Assembly (NCBI GenBank): GCA_050251875.1 | Contig: JBFWMA010000002.1 | Coordinates: 64,001 to 128,000, forward strand | Direction of reading: 5' to 3' | Length of the DNA: 64,000 nt | Source: Deferribacterales bacterium | GTDB lineage: Bacteria > Chrysiogenota > Deferribacteres > Deferribacterales > Geovibrionaceae | Shown here: positions 1 to 9,506 of the stretch, piece by piece | Layout: every line of letters begins with the position of its first letter | Numbering within the stretch: position 1 is the first letter of the stretch | Made by a program: the position numbers and the translations under genes | Notes under the pieces: model-generated | What the model was told of the DNA's origin: nothing | What the model saw: only the letters and a program-made list of their open reading frames with translations | Database searches by the model: none

Positions 1-2
1 GC

Positions 3-1199
3 AACTACTATACAATGGCGAATACCACCAAACAGACCATGGTGGAGAAAAATATCAAAGAGCGTGAGGTTAGAGGGATATCCGCCTCGTTCTGCTCTCT
101 GAAAGTTACCGAACAGCTCGTGGGATTCTCGAAAATATCGTCCCGCACCGGAGAGAAGATTTCCGATAACGAGCTGGAGGAACAGCCTATAACGTTCATC
201 ACCAAAGGGCTGTATGTGCTGATTCCGGAAGCTGTGAAAAGAGCTGTGGAGGATGCCGGATATAATTTTATGGGCAGCATCCACGCCTTCGAGCATGCCA
301 TGATAACCATGATACCGCTCTACTGCCTCGCCGCCCGTGACGATGTGGGGGGAATATCCTATCCGTATCATCCACAGCTTCAGAGTTCCGCCGTTTTCAT
401 GTATGACGCATATCCGGGCGGGATAGGGATAAACGAGCGGGTGTACGGCATGATAGACACTCTGACGGAAAAGACGCTGGAGCTGGTGAAAGGATGCGAC
501 TGCGAGAGCGGATGTCCGGCGTGTATCTATTCGCCGAAATGCGGCAGCGGAAACTATCCTCTGGACAAAGAGGGCGCCGTGATGATTCTGGAGATGCTTC
601 TGAAAGGAGGGTTTGAGACAGTGAAAGCCGAAGTGACAGAAAAGCCGAGAACCGACATGCTGGTTTACGATATAGAGACCAAACACTCAGCCGAGGATGT
701 GGGCGGGTGGAAGTTTTCCAATAAAATGGGGATTTCTGTCGCCGTGATATATTCATTTGAAAAAGACGAGTATGAAGTATATACCGAAGACATGGCGGAG
801 GCGTTCATCAGCCGTCTGGAATCGGCTAAGATCATAGCCGGATTCAACAATATCGGTTTCGACAACAAAGTTATCAGCGGATACAGACAGGCGGATTTTT
901 CAAAGACGATAGTTTTTGATATTCTGGCGGATGTGCTGAACACCACGGGCAGACGCTTCTCTCTGGACAATATCGCCGGAGCGACCATCGGTGCGCAGAA
1001 ATCTGCGGACGGGCTTCAGGCTTTGCAGTGGTATAAAGAGGGCAGGATCGACCTGATAGCCGAATACTGCAAGAAGGATGTCGAGGTTACGAAAGACCTT
1101 CTGGTGCACGGGATGAAAGACGGATATGTCAACGCCGTGCTGAAAGAGGGCGCTTTTATAAGAATACCTGTTAGCTGGAACAGTCTTAAAGGAATGTGA
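3..1199 (+). CDS. DEAD/DEAH-box helicase C-terminal part (DUF1998/MrfA-type Zn domain) fused to an RNase H-like DEDD exonuclease (YprB/MrfB-like); 5' end lies outside the window
   Basis: Frame is open from position 3. DUF1998 motifs HAFEHAMI, YDAYPGGIG and CDCESGCPAC. C-terminal DIET...GFNNIGFD...YCKKDV exonuclease motifs. Confidence 0.85.
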   Translation, partial: NYYTMANTTKQTMVEKNIKEREVRGISASFCSLKVTEQLVGFSKISSRTGEKISDNELEEQPITFITKGLYVLIPEAVKRAVEDAGYNFMGSIHAFEHAMITMIPLYCLAARDDVGGISYPYHPQLQSSAVFMYDAYPGGIGINERVYGMIDTLTEKTLELVKGCDCESGCPACIYSPKCGSGNYPLDKEGAVMILEMLLKGGFETVKAEVTEKPRTDMLVYDIETKHSAEDVGGWKFSNKMGISVAVIYSFEKDEYEVYTEDMAEAFISRLESAKIIAGFNNIGFDNKVISGYRQADFSKTIVFDILADVLNTTGRRFSLDNIAGATIGAQKSADGLQALQWYKEGRIDLIAEYCKKDVEVTKDLLVHGMKDGYVNAVLKEGAFIRIPVSWNSLKGM

Positions 1200-1223
1200 C
1201 AGCAGAGATTATCTATCGGAAAA

Positions 1224-1405
1224 GTATCGGTAAAAGTTCAGGACGAACTTTTACCGCAATGTTTATAAAACTTCACGGATGAAGTTCGTGTAGTGAATGA
1301 AGCCGCTTTTAGCGGGTGAATGAACGGAACGTAAGTGCAGCGAGGATTATTCCGAGCGAAACGGTATCGGGAAAAGTTCAGGACGAACTTTTCCCGCAAT
1401 GTTTA
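1224..1405 (+). repeat. Multi-hairpin repeat, ~140-bp period (about 1.3 units), filling a convergent intergenic region
   Basis: gtatcggNaaaagttcaggacgaacttttNccgcaatgttta occurs at 1224 and 1364. The unit interior matches the reverse complement of the 19.9-20.2 kb tandem repeat. Confidence 0.85.
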
Positions 1406-1406
1406 A

Positions 1407-3062
1407 TCAGGACGCTTTGGGTTTTGAATAGACCATCACCTGCGCTATGTTGTAAACGTGGTCGCCGGCCTTTTCCAGATTATTTACTATATCTACAAAG
1501 ATGATTCCGGAATTAATATTGCATCTTCCTTCGTTCAGTCTCTGCATGTGATTGTTCTTATATTTCTTTCTCATGATGTCGATCAGCTCTTCATCATTCA
1601 GGTCGATGTCCCATGTGCTCTTGTCGGCGATCAGCTGTTCTATGGCTGTTCTGGCGAACCTCATAACCACATCGAACATCTCTTTGATCTCTTTGTCCGC
1701 CTCTTCGCTGAATTTCATCTCTTTCTTCAGCATTTTGTCGGTGAAACGGGTTATGTTTTCGGCGTTGTCGCCCAGTTTTTCCAGGTTGGATATGACATGC
1801 GACAGGTCATTGATAAGTTTAGCTGTTTCGGCGCTGATGTTCTGCTGCGAAAGCAGGGTGAGGAATTCCGAAAACTCCTTCTCGAACTGATCCAGCCGTT
1901 CTTCCAGAACCTTGATCTCCGGCAGGCGGGACGCTTTCGTCATGTATGAGTCATAAGCCAGATTCAGCATGTCTATGGAAATCTTGGACATGTTGGCAAC
2001 CTCTTTTTTCGCCTGAGCAATGGCGATGGAGGGTGTTTTTATGATGTTGTTGTCCAGACGGAATATTTTGTTGGTGTCGGGTTTTTCGCCTTTAATAACT
2101 TTTTCGCAGAGTCTGGCGAGTATGTGGAGGAAAGGCAGAAACAGGATAGTGTTTATAATGTTGAATGCTGTGTGCAGGTTGGCTATGTGTCGGGCAATAT
2201 TGGGCTTGGATCCGTCAGCGGCTACAAAATCCACTGCTCCTGGCGTCCACATGTCCACGAAGTGGATCAGCACATTCAGGAAAATCAGCATGTACGCCAC
2301 ACCGATGAAGTTGAACAGGAAGTGACCGAATGCCGCCTGTTTGGCCGTTCTGTTGGCTCCTATCGCCGCTAGATTCGCCGTTATTGTTGTTCCGATGTTT
2401 TCACCCAGAACAAGAGCCGCAGCCGCGGGAAAGTCCAGCAGACCGGTGGTCGCCATGGCGATGGTGATACCGATGGTGGCGGAGCTGGACTGAACTATCA
2501 GAGTGAGCATAGCGCCCGCAAAAGCAGCCGCAATGGGGTTTCCGGAGAAGAACAGGAACATGTGACGGAAGCTCTCCATATCCCTTAAGGGAACGAAAGA
2601 GTGCGTCATGGTCTCCATTCCGAAGAAGAGCAGACCGAATCCCAGTGTGATCTCTCCGTAATATTTTATTTTCGGGTTTTTGCTGAACATTGCGAAGACA
2701 ACGCCTATGCCTATAGCAGGGAGCGCCATCTTGGTAATTTTAAAAGCGATAAGCTGAGCTGTGATGGTGGTACCTATGTTTGCGCCGAAAACAACGCTCA
2801 GCGCCTGAAACAGGTCCATGAGACCGGCATTCACGAATCCGACAACCATAACGGTGGTGGCGGACGAACTCTGGATTATCATTGTAACCATAGCTCCGAC
2901 GAAAGTACCGATTACTCTGTTGGACGTAAATTTTTCGATTATTTTCTTAAGACCGGCTCCGGCTGTTTTTTGCAGCCCTTCTGACATGAGCTTCATTCCG
3001 TAGAGGAACATTCCCAGTCCCCCGGCGAAGCCGAATAGTATGTTGACCCATGTAGAACTCAT
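1407..3062 (-). CDS. Na+/phosphate cotransporter (PNaS/NptA family) with PhoU-like C-terminal domain
   Basis: Two QSSSAT repeats, GANIGTT/GENIGTT motifs, hydrophobic N-terminal half, C-terminal LEKLGDN/LEKAGDH PhoU-like helices. Confidence 0.92.
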   Translation of the reverse strand: MSSTWVNILFGFAGGLGMFLYGMKLMSEGLQKTAGAGLKKIIEKFTSNRVIGTFVGAMVTMIIQSSSATTVMVVGFVNAGLMDLFQALSVVFGANIGTTITAQLIAFKITKMALPAIGIGVVFAMFSKNPKIKYYGEITLGFGLLFFGMETMTHSFVPLRDMESFRHMFLFFSGNPIAAAFAGAMLTLIVQSSSATIGITIAMATTGLLDFPAAAALVLGENIGTTITANLAAIGANRTAKQAAFGHFLFNFIGVAYMLIFLNVLIHFVDMWTPGAVDFVAADGSKPNIARHIANLHTAFNIINTILFLPFLHILARLCEKVIKGEKPDTNKIFRLDNNIIKTPSIAIAQAKKEVANMSKISIDMLNLAYDSYMTKASRLPEIKVLEERLDQFEKEFSEFLTLLSQQNISAETAKLINDLSHVISNLEKLGDNAENITRFTDKMLKKEMKFSEEADKEIKEMFDVVMRFARTAIEQLIADKSTWDIDLNDEELIDIMRKKYKNNHMQRLNEGRCNINSGIIFVDIVNNLEKAGDHVYNIAQVMVYSKPKAS

Positions 3063-3117
3063 GTATCACCGCCACATTTAATCAGTGACAGAATACAGAA
3101 CGGTTAAAAAAATGCAA

Positions 3118-3156
3118 GATAAAAGTCAGATAAATGTTATGTTAAATTTTTGTCAA
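3118..3156 (-). promoter_or_regulatory. Candidate Pho boxes upstream of the Na/Pi cotransporter
   Basis: Minus strand reads TTGACA-N5-TTAACA-N5-TTTATC-N5-TTTATC, an exact 11-bp period typical of PhoB/PhoP direct repeats. Confidence 0.6.
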
Positions 3157-3157
3157 A

Positions 3158-4882
3158 TCAGGCATTATGCTCAATTTTCTCCTTCTCTTCAAGGATTACG
3201 GAGAATGTGTTGCCGCCTCTTTCGTTGCTTTTTACAGATACCTCACCGTTGTAAAGAGAGACTATGTGTTTTACTATGGAGAGTCCGAGTCCAGTGCCTG
3301 TGGCGTTCTGATTCTTTGATTTGTCCATGGTGTAGAATCTCTCAAAAATTCTCTGCTGTTCATCCTCGGGGATTGCGGGGCCTTCGTCCTCCACAGCCAG
3401 AACAACCCTGCCGGAAGCCGGATCGGAATACATCTTGATATATATATTCTTACCTTTGGAATATTTCACAGCGTTGTCTGTGAGATTGGTTATGAGACTC
3501 ACCAGATGCTCGCGCAGGATATGCACGTCATCGGATGTGTAGTCTGTATTCACAGTCATGGGGCAGTCTTTGTAGAAGTTTTTGATCTCGTCAAAGAGAT
3601 CCTCTATGTTCGTAGGTTCTTCCACGGTTATCTCTTCTCTCAGCATCTCCAGCTTGTGCAGTTTCAGAATATCGTTTATCAGCAGATTCAGCCTGTTTGA
3701 GCTGTTGTAGATGATGTTGATGAATTTATCATGAAATTTTCTGTCCATCTCGGGATCGTTCATGATGGTTTCTGAGTAGCCCATTATCATAGCCAGAGGA
3801 GTTTTGAGCTCGTGCGTGATATTGCCCACCAGCTCGGTTTTGAACTGCTCGTATTCGGCTCTCTCTGTTATGTCGAAAAAGGCGATCAGTTTTTCGTTCT
3901 CGAAAATTCTTACGAAAACTTCAAATATCTTGCCTTTCAGGTTCTTTTGCAGTTTTTTTGATTCCTCAGCTCCCACAACCTCTGTCAGAAAGGATATTGC
4001 TTCCATGTTGTTGGTTTGTCTGAGGATGTTTTCGCCGATGTTTATCTTGATGCCCAGATAGTGTGACGCCTTAGAGTTGTAGTGCATCACGTTGTTTTTG
4101 CTGTCTAAGAGGATGATTCCCTCGTCCAGTATGCTGAAGATATGGTTCAGCTTCTGTTTTTCCTGTTCCAGCTGCTTTGTCTTCTGGTTCATGGAGTTAT
4201 AGATGCGGTAGATCACACTGACAAGTTTAGTCATTGTCTTGTCTGAGAAGGAGGGAAAATATATTTTGCTTTCTCCCGCCTCTATCTTGTCCGCCACCTC
4301 TGACAGCTTTTGTATGGGGCTGCTGAGTCTTCTGGCGAGATAGAGGGCTATGAACGCCACTATTATCAGCAGGCTGACATAGAGTGTCACGTTCTGCTGG
4401 AGCATGTTTGCCTGAAGAGCGTCAATGTAAGACATGGGATAGGCGATACGCAGGACTATATCATCGTTGTATCTGACAGCGTAGTAGTTCATGGATTCTT
4501 CCGCCGTGGTGCTTCTTCTTACGGAAGAACCTTCATCGCTGTTCAGGGCGTTTATCACTTCCGGTCTTTTGGAGTGGTTTTCCATGGTCTGTATCTTTTC
4601 ATAGCTGTAGTATGAATCGTCGATGACCTTACCGTCTTTTCTGATTATAGTTATCCTCAGATTGGTGTTCTGTGATATGCCGGAGATGATGGCATGTATA
4701 TCCGGATCGAACTGCGTGCTCAGTTTATAGCCTTTCAGGAGCTCAGCTTTGGTTCTCATTTCCTGCGCCAGCTCTTTTGTGGCGTTGTCTATGGCCGCCT
4801 TGTTGGCTATTTTGTATCCTGCGCCTATGAGAATGGCGATGGGGATGAATATTATCAGAAAAACTTTAAGGTAAGATCTCAT
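3158..4882 (-). CDS. phoR: Phosphate regulon sensor histidine kinase PhoR
   Basis: Two TM segments, ENHSKRPEV periplasmic motif, HAMP, PAS, H-box THELKTPL, N/G boxes NLTDNAVKYS and GTGLGLSIVKH. Downstream of phoU-phoB. Confidence 0.9.
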   Translation of the reverse strand: MRSYLKVFLIIFIPIAILIGAGYKIANKAAIDNATKELAQEMRTKAELLKGYKLSTQFDPDIHAIISGISQNTNLRITIIRKDGKVIDDSYYSYEKIQTMENHSKRPEVINALNSDEGSSVRRSTTAEESMNYYAVRYNDDIVLRIAYPMSYIDALQANMLQQNVTLYVSLLIIVAFIALYLARRLSSPIQKLSEVADKIEAGESKIYFPSFSDKTMTKLVSVIYRIYNSMNQKTKQLEQEKQKLNHIFSILDEGIILLDSKNNVMHYNSKASHYLGIKINIGENILRQTNNMEAISFLTEVVGAEESKKLQKNLKGKIFEVFVRIFENEKLIAFFDITERAEYEQFKTELVGNITHELKTPLAMIMGYSETIMNDPEMDRKFHDKFINIIYNSSNRLNLLINDILKLHKLEMLREEITVEEPTNIEDLFDEIKNFYKDCPMTVNTDYTSDDVHILREHLVSLITNLTDNAVKYSKGKNIYIKMYSDPASGRVVLAVEDEGPAIPEDEQQRIFERFYTMDKSKNQNATGTGLGLSIVKHIVSLYNGEVSVKSNERGGNTFSVILEEKEKIEHNA

Positions 4883-5550
4883 ATGTCCGCTCTGTATCCT
4901 ATTTTTGGTACTGATTTTATAAACGCGCCCTTTTCGCCCAGTTTTTTTCTGAGTGACGAAACGTGGGTGTCAACCGTTCTGGTGTAAACATCAGATTCGT
5001 AACCCCATACGGCGTTCAGAATCTGGTTTCTTGTAAAAACTCTTTTAGGATGCTTCAGAAGCATCAGCAGAAGCTCATATTCCTTGTTGGTCAGGCTGAC
5101 ATCGTCGCCGTCAACCGTCACAGTGTAGTTGCCTGTGTCTATGTTGATGCCGTTGATGGAGATGATCTTCGATTTTATAGACGGGTTTCTGCGGAGGATG
5201 GCGTTTATCTTCGCCACCAGTATCTTTATGCTGAACGGTTTCGTCAGATAGTCGTCAGCTCCCATCTCCAGCCCGTTTATGATATCCTGTTCGGTATTCT
5301 TGGCGGATATGATGATGATAGGCACACCGGAAAACTTTTTGTTGTTTCTGACTATCTGCAGAAACTGCATTCCCTTGAGCCCTGGCAGCATCAGGTCCAG
5401 CAGGATGATATCCACATCGTTGTTTTCCAGATGTATCAGCCCCTCGTTAGCGTTGTCGAAACAGATGGTTTCGCAGTTCTCTCTAGTGAGGTTGTAGGAG
5501 ATGAGATCCCTGATCTCTTCGTGGTCTTCGATAACCAGAACTTTCATCAT
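4879..5550 (-). CDS. phoB: OmpR/PhoB-family response regulator
   Basis: Receiver motifs LLDLMLP and GADDYLTKPFS; winged-helix motif RTVDTHVSSLRKKLG. Lies between phoU and phoR. Confidence 0.88.
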   Translation of the reverse strand: MMKVLVIEDHEEIRDLISYNLTRENCETICFDNANEGLIHLENNDVDIILLDLMLPGLKGMQFLQIVRNNKKFSGVPIIIISAKNTEQDIINGLEMGADDYLTKPFSIKILVAKINAILRRNPSIKSKIISINGINIDTGNYTVTVDGDDVSLTNKEYELLLMLLKHPKRVFTRNQILNAVWGYESDVYTRTVDTHVSSLRKKLGEKGAFIKSVPKIGYRADI

Positions 5551-5552
5551 GA

Positions 5553-6230
5553 TTAATCTTCCTCTTCCAGCTCAACATAGGAATGTCTTATTATTTTGCC
5601 TTCCACCATATAATATACCATCTCGGCGATGTTCGTGGCATGGTCGGCGATTCTTTCCAGTCTTCTGGAGATGTTCATCAGCGCCAGCACAGTGTGGAGC
5701 TTAGTCACATCCTCCATAGTATATGTGAGCAGTTCTCTTGTCACCTGCTCATTGAGGTTGTCCAGCTCATCATCACGCTTGATAACGTCATAGGCGAGCT
5801 TGGTGTCGGAGTTGAAAAACGCTTCCAGAGAGTCGTGTATCATTCCTGTGGCTATTGCGGACATCTTGGGTATGTCTATATATGGCTTGAGCTGGGGATA
5901 CTCCATCAGCTTCAGGCTGTCTCTGCATATGCTGACGCAGTGGTCGCCCACACGCTCTATGTCGGTAATTATTCTTGTGGCTGTGATGATGTATCTGAGG
6001 TCGATAGCCTTTGGCTCGAAAAGCGCCAGCATCTTTATGCAGTGTTCGTCTATATCCACATCGAGCTTGTCCATCAGCTCGTCATCGTGGATAACCTGCA
6101 TGGCAAGAGCCTCGTTTCTGTCTACGAGAGATTTGATAGAGTTGGTTACCATCCCTGTGGCGGTGGTTGCCATCTCCGCTAACATCCCTTTGAGCTGAAT
6201 ATATTCCTTATCGTGCCTGTAAGCTGTCAT
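5553..6230 (-). CDS. phoU: Phosphate signalling protein PhoU
   Basis: Two PhoU repeats with DIERVGDH and LERIADHATNIAE. Confidence 0.95.
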   Translation of the reverse strand: MTAYRHDKEYIQLKGMLAEMATTATGMVTNSIKSLVDRNEALAMQVIHDDELMDKLDVDIDEHCIKMLALFEPKAIDLRYIITATRIITDIERVGDHCVSICRDSLKLMEYPQLKPYIDIPKMSAIATGMIHDSLEAFFNSDTKLAYDVIKRDDELDNLNEQVTRELLTYTMEDVTKLHTVLALMNISRRLERIADHATNIAEMVYYMVEGKIIRHSYVELEEED

Positions 6231-6324
6231 GTGGTGTCACCTCTTAATATGTGGACAATATGAAGAATTATATATCATAAATAGAAAATAATCCTCGTCC
6301 GCTGGGACAACAATAAATATAAAC

Positions 6325-6363
6325 TGTAAGATGTCTGTGAAAATGATGTCAGAGAAATGTAAA
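6325..6363 (-). promoter_or_regulatory. Candidate Pho boxes upstream of phoU-phoB-phoR
   Basis: TGTAAG, TGTGAA, TGTCAG and TGTAAA start at 6325, 6336, 6347 and 6358 (11-bp period; minus strand TTTACA/CTGACA/TTCACA/CTTACA). Confidence 0.68.
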
Positions 6364-6378
6364 ATTATGGTTTTTGTG

Positions 6379-7107
6379 TCAGATTTTTCCGGTTTTTTTC
6401 AAAAGAATGTTATGTTCAGCTATTGCTTTTCCCAGAACAGAGAGAATGAGTTCCGCTTCTCTGGCTGTGAAAACCTTGGATTCCGCCGCCTGTTTTATCT
6501 CGTTCATGATCTTTTCCGGGTTCTGCGGGTTCAGGCATCCGAACATTTTCAGAAACTGCTCTATCTTGTTGTTCAGAGCGTCATGAATTTTTCTGCCGGC
6601 GTATTCTGTCTCCGCAATGTTTTTCGGCGGGATATTTTTTATCTGCCAGAGAACCACCAGAACAGCCTGTGCCAGATTCATGCTGGGGAAGGTATCTGAG
6701 GTATCCAAACTGATGTATTTAGCGCAGGAGGCGAGCTGTGTGTTTGAGAGCCCCGCCTTTTCGTTGCCGAAGAGCAGACCGACAGTCAGCCCATTTTCAC
6801 GGCATTCATTAATATAAGAGCCCAGTTCCTCAAGCCCTATGTTGGCGTGGGATGTCTCCGGCGTGCGCATGCTGACGCCGACTATCTTATCCGCGTGGGA
6901 GATAAGATCATCGAATCCGGAGCATCTTACTGTGTTTTGCAGGATGTTTTCCGCCGCCAGAGCATATTTCAGCGCTGTGGGGTTTGCGGGGTTCAGTTTT
7001 CCGGAGAGAAAGAGATCAGAAAAACCGGTGTTCGCCATCGCCCGTGCTATGAATCCGATATTAACGGCGCCTTCCGGATTTGCCAGAAGAACACGGATGT
7101 CTCTCAA
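6379..7107 (-). CDS. SPOUT RNA methyltransferase, TrmJ/TrmH family
   Basis: NIGFIARAMAN, LFGNEKAGLSN and SMNLAQAV motifs. Confidence 0.88.
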   Translation of the reverse strand: MRDIRVLLANPEGAVNIGFIARAMANTGFSDLFLSGKLNPANPTALKYALAAENILQNTVRCSGFDDLISHADKIVGVSMRTPETSHANIGLEELGSYINECRENGLTVGLLFGNEKAGLSNTQLASCAKYISLDTSDTFPSMNLAQAVLVVLWQIKNIPPKNIAETEYAGRKIHDALNNKIEQFLKMFGCLNPQNPEKIMNEIKQAAESKVFTAREAELILSVLGKAIAEHNILLKKTGKI

Positions 7108-7823
7108 CTAAACTGCCTGGCGGATATATTGATTATCCTTTTGTAGTTGGACATGACCGCTCTGTAATATTTGTCGGACACTCCTGAGCCGCTTTTGATC
7201 ATTTTGTTCAGGTTGCCGGGACCCATGTTGTAGGCTATCAGAGCGTATTTCTGGTTGTCGTATTTGTTCAGCAGATAGGCGAGGTAGCTGATGCCTATCC
7301 GGATGTTTTTCGTGGGATCGAAAAGCTCCGATCTGCTTTCCAGATTGATGTTGTCGTGCATGTCGGAAACATAAAAGGCAGTGCCTGGCAGAATCTGCAT
7401 AAAGCCGACAGCGCCCTTGTTGGAGACGACATGACGTCTGAACGAGCTCTCTGTCTTTATCACCGCCAGAACCAGATAGGGGTCGATGCCCTTTTCGAAA
7501 GATTCGGAGGCGATGAGGTAGGACATGTCCATATAGTTCAGTCCGCCTGTGTTGGGTCTGTATATTTCCAGAATGTTTTTAATGTTCTGCACATGAGACG
7601 CGAAAGACAGACGCTTCTTTTCATTTTCCAGACTGTTGGAAAATTCTTTGTAGCTGATGCCGATGTCTGATTCCGAGCTGAGTTTGTCCACCGTGGAACC
7701 TATCGCTGTGAGATAGATCACGTTCATCACGAGAAAGCCGAAAACTAACACTGTGATGCTTATAAAAAGCGCCGCTAATGTTGTCTGTGCTCTGTTAGAA
7801 AATCTGAAGTAATGCATATTCAC
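7104..7823 (-). CDS. Membrane-anchored lytic transglycosylase (SLT domain)
   Basis: N-terminal TM segment; VIKTESSF, GAVGFMQI and AYNMGPG motifs. Exact start uncertain. Confidence 0.88.
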   Translation of the reverse strand: MNMHYFRFSNRAQTTLAALFISITVLVFGFLVMNVIYLTAIGSTVDKLSSESDIGISYKEFSNSLENEKKRLSFASHVQNIKNILEIYRPNTGGLNYMDMSYLIASESFEKGIDPYLVLAVIKTESSFRRHVVSNKGAVGFMQILPGTAFYVSDMHDNINLESRSELFDPTKNIRIGISYLAYLLNKYDNQKYALIAYNMGPGNLNKMIKSGSGVSDKYYRAVMSNYKRIINISARQFS

Positions 7824-7909
7824 CGTATTTTTTTATAATTACAGTTGACAAAATATTCATCAAAAGCGGAAAAGTAAAGGAAAAAGTTTTTCAGGAGACC
7901 CGAAAACAG

Positions 7910-8608
7910 ATGTATGAATATAGCAAGTTATTGAAGGGAAAGTTTATAAAAAGGTACAAAAGATTTTTCACTGACGTGCTTTTAGAGGGCGATGTTCTGA
8001 CTGTGCATAACCCGAACACCGGATCGATGAAGTGTGTGCTCCGTGACGGGGCGGATGTTTTGATTTCTGAGTCAGATAACCCTGACAGAAAGCTGAAACA
8101 CACTCTGGAAGCGGTTATGGCGGATGGCAGATGGATTCTGACGAACACCATACTGATGAACAGGATAGTCAGACACGGGCTCTTGGATAATGAGGTTAAG
8201 GAGCTGAAAGATATAACATATCTCAAAAGTGAGTATAAATATGGTGACGGACGTATAGATTTCTATGGAGAGAATCCGGATGGGAAATTTCTGGCGGAGG
8301 TGAAGAACGTCACCATGTTCGATGATGAATACGCCATTTTTCCGGATGCGGTGACCGAAAGAGGCAGAAAGCATTTGGGACTGCTTCTGGAGGCGGCGAA
8401 AGAGGGCTATAGACCATACATGATATATGTGTGTCAGATTGACCGTCCGTTTTTCCGTCCGGCGTATGAGATAGACGCAAAATACGCTGAGGCTCTTGAG
8501 GACGCTGTGGAGAAGGGGCTGAATGTGATAACCGTTCTGACGGAGTTTGACGAGCAGACAGGGTGTGTGAGGCTCACAGAGGGCGGAAAACTCAGATTTC
8601 GGCGATGA
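7910..8608 (+). CDS. sfsA: SfsA-family DNA/RNA nuclease
   Basis: RYKRFF, HNPNTGSM, RIDF, EVKNVT and FPDAVTERGRKHL motifs. Confidence 0.93.
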   Translation: MYEYSKLLKGKFIKRYKRFFTDVLLEGDVLTVHNPNTGSMKCVLRDGADVLISESDNPDRKLKHTLEAVMADGRWILTNTILMNRIVRHGLLDNEVKELKDITYLKSEYKYGDGRIDFYGENPDGKFLAEVKNVTMFDDEYAIFPDAVTERGRKHLGLLLEAAKEGYRPYMIYVCQIDRPFFRPAYEIDAKYAEALEDAVEKGLNVITVLTEFDEQTGCVRLTEGGKLRFRR

Positions 8609-9506
8609 GGCTTGTCAGATATCCGGTGTCTTTCACCTGTCCTGTTTTGAACTGATAGTCCAGCTCGGCGAACAGTCCCATCAGTTTTATCAGGTCATTC
8701 TTTTTCCAGGCGTTGGTGCCCGCCTTTATCTTGTCCAGCATGAACGGTCTGTTCTCTTTCACCAGATCTCTGGAAACAGTGAACAGATATACGTCTTTCA
8801 TCCGTTTGAAAGTCATGTTTATGAGCAGAGGCAGGTTCTCCTCCGCATTAACGAAGTCGTTGAACAGAATCATGCACTGGCTCTTCTTCCGGTTGGTGAA
8901 AGCGTCTATGAAGGTGAAGACGTTATCGTGTTTTTTTGCCGTGATGGCGTTAAGTATATCGCTCTGATTTTTTGGTTTCTTATAAGCAAAATAGGCTGTC
9001 AGCTTGTCGATTTCGCTCTTTACCAGAGCCATGTCTCCGGCGAAAAGCTCGTTTATCTCTCCTGCCGCCGCTGTGTCGATGGTGAACCCGGCTTCGGTGA
9101 ACATCCTGATTATCTGACCTGTCAGGTCATATTTTTTGGCTTTTACTTCCAGAAACAGCGTGAATCCGCACTTATCCAGAGAATCGGACAGTTTTTTGCC
9201 CAGTTTTACTTCTTCTGCCGTCAGGATGATATATGACTCACGGCATGAAGCGCACTCGTCTATAATTTTTTCAGGATTTTTAACGCTGTCGAACGAACGC
9301 ACCAGCGCCGCCTTGTTTTCGGAGAAGAGGGGGGCTGTGTTTATGAAATTGAAGAAATTTCCGTCATTGAGTTCTTCCGGGTTGAATGTCTCTGTCTCGC
9401 AGTCGTCTATGCCCGACAGAATGTTTTTTATCTTTTCGTCCACATAGTAGGTTCCGCCGGCTATGTAGTAAAAGAGTTTATTGCTACTTTCTGTTTTCGA
9501 ACTCAT
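8592..9506 (-). CDS. holA: DNA polymerase III delta subunit
   Basis: APLFSE, EIDKL and DYQFKTG motifs; conserved leuS-lptE-holA order. Start reassigned to the ATG at 9506. Confidence 0.8.
   Translation of the reverse strand: MSSKTESSNKLFYYIAGGTYYVDEKIKNILSGIDDCETETFNPEELNDGNFFNFINTAPLFSENKAALVRSFDSVKNPEKIIDECASCRESYIILTAEEVKLGKKLSDSLDKCGFTLFLEVKAKKYDLTGQIIRMFTEAGFTIDTAAAGEINELFAGDMALVKSEIDKLTAYFAYKKPKNQSDILNAITAKKHDNVFTFIDAFTNRKKSQCMILFNDFVNAEENLPLLINMTFKRMKDVYLFTVSRDLVKENRPFMLDKIKAGTNAWKKNDLIKLMGLFAELDYQFKTGQVKDTGYLTSLIAEI

Noticed and set aside
1316..1504. 62-aa ORF
   Set aside because: It starts inside the repeat and runs antisense into the Na/Pi transporter.
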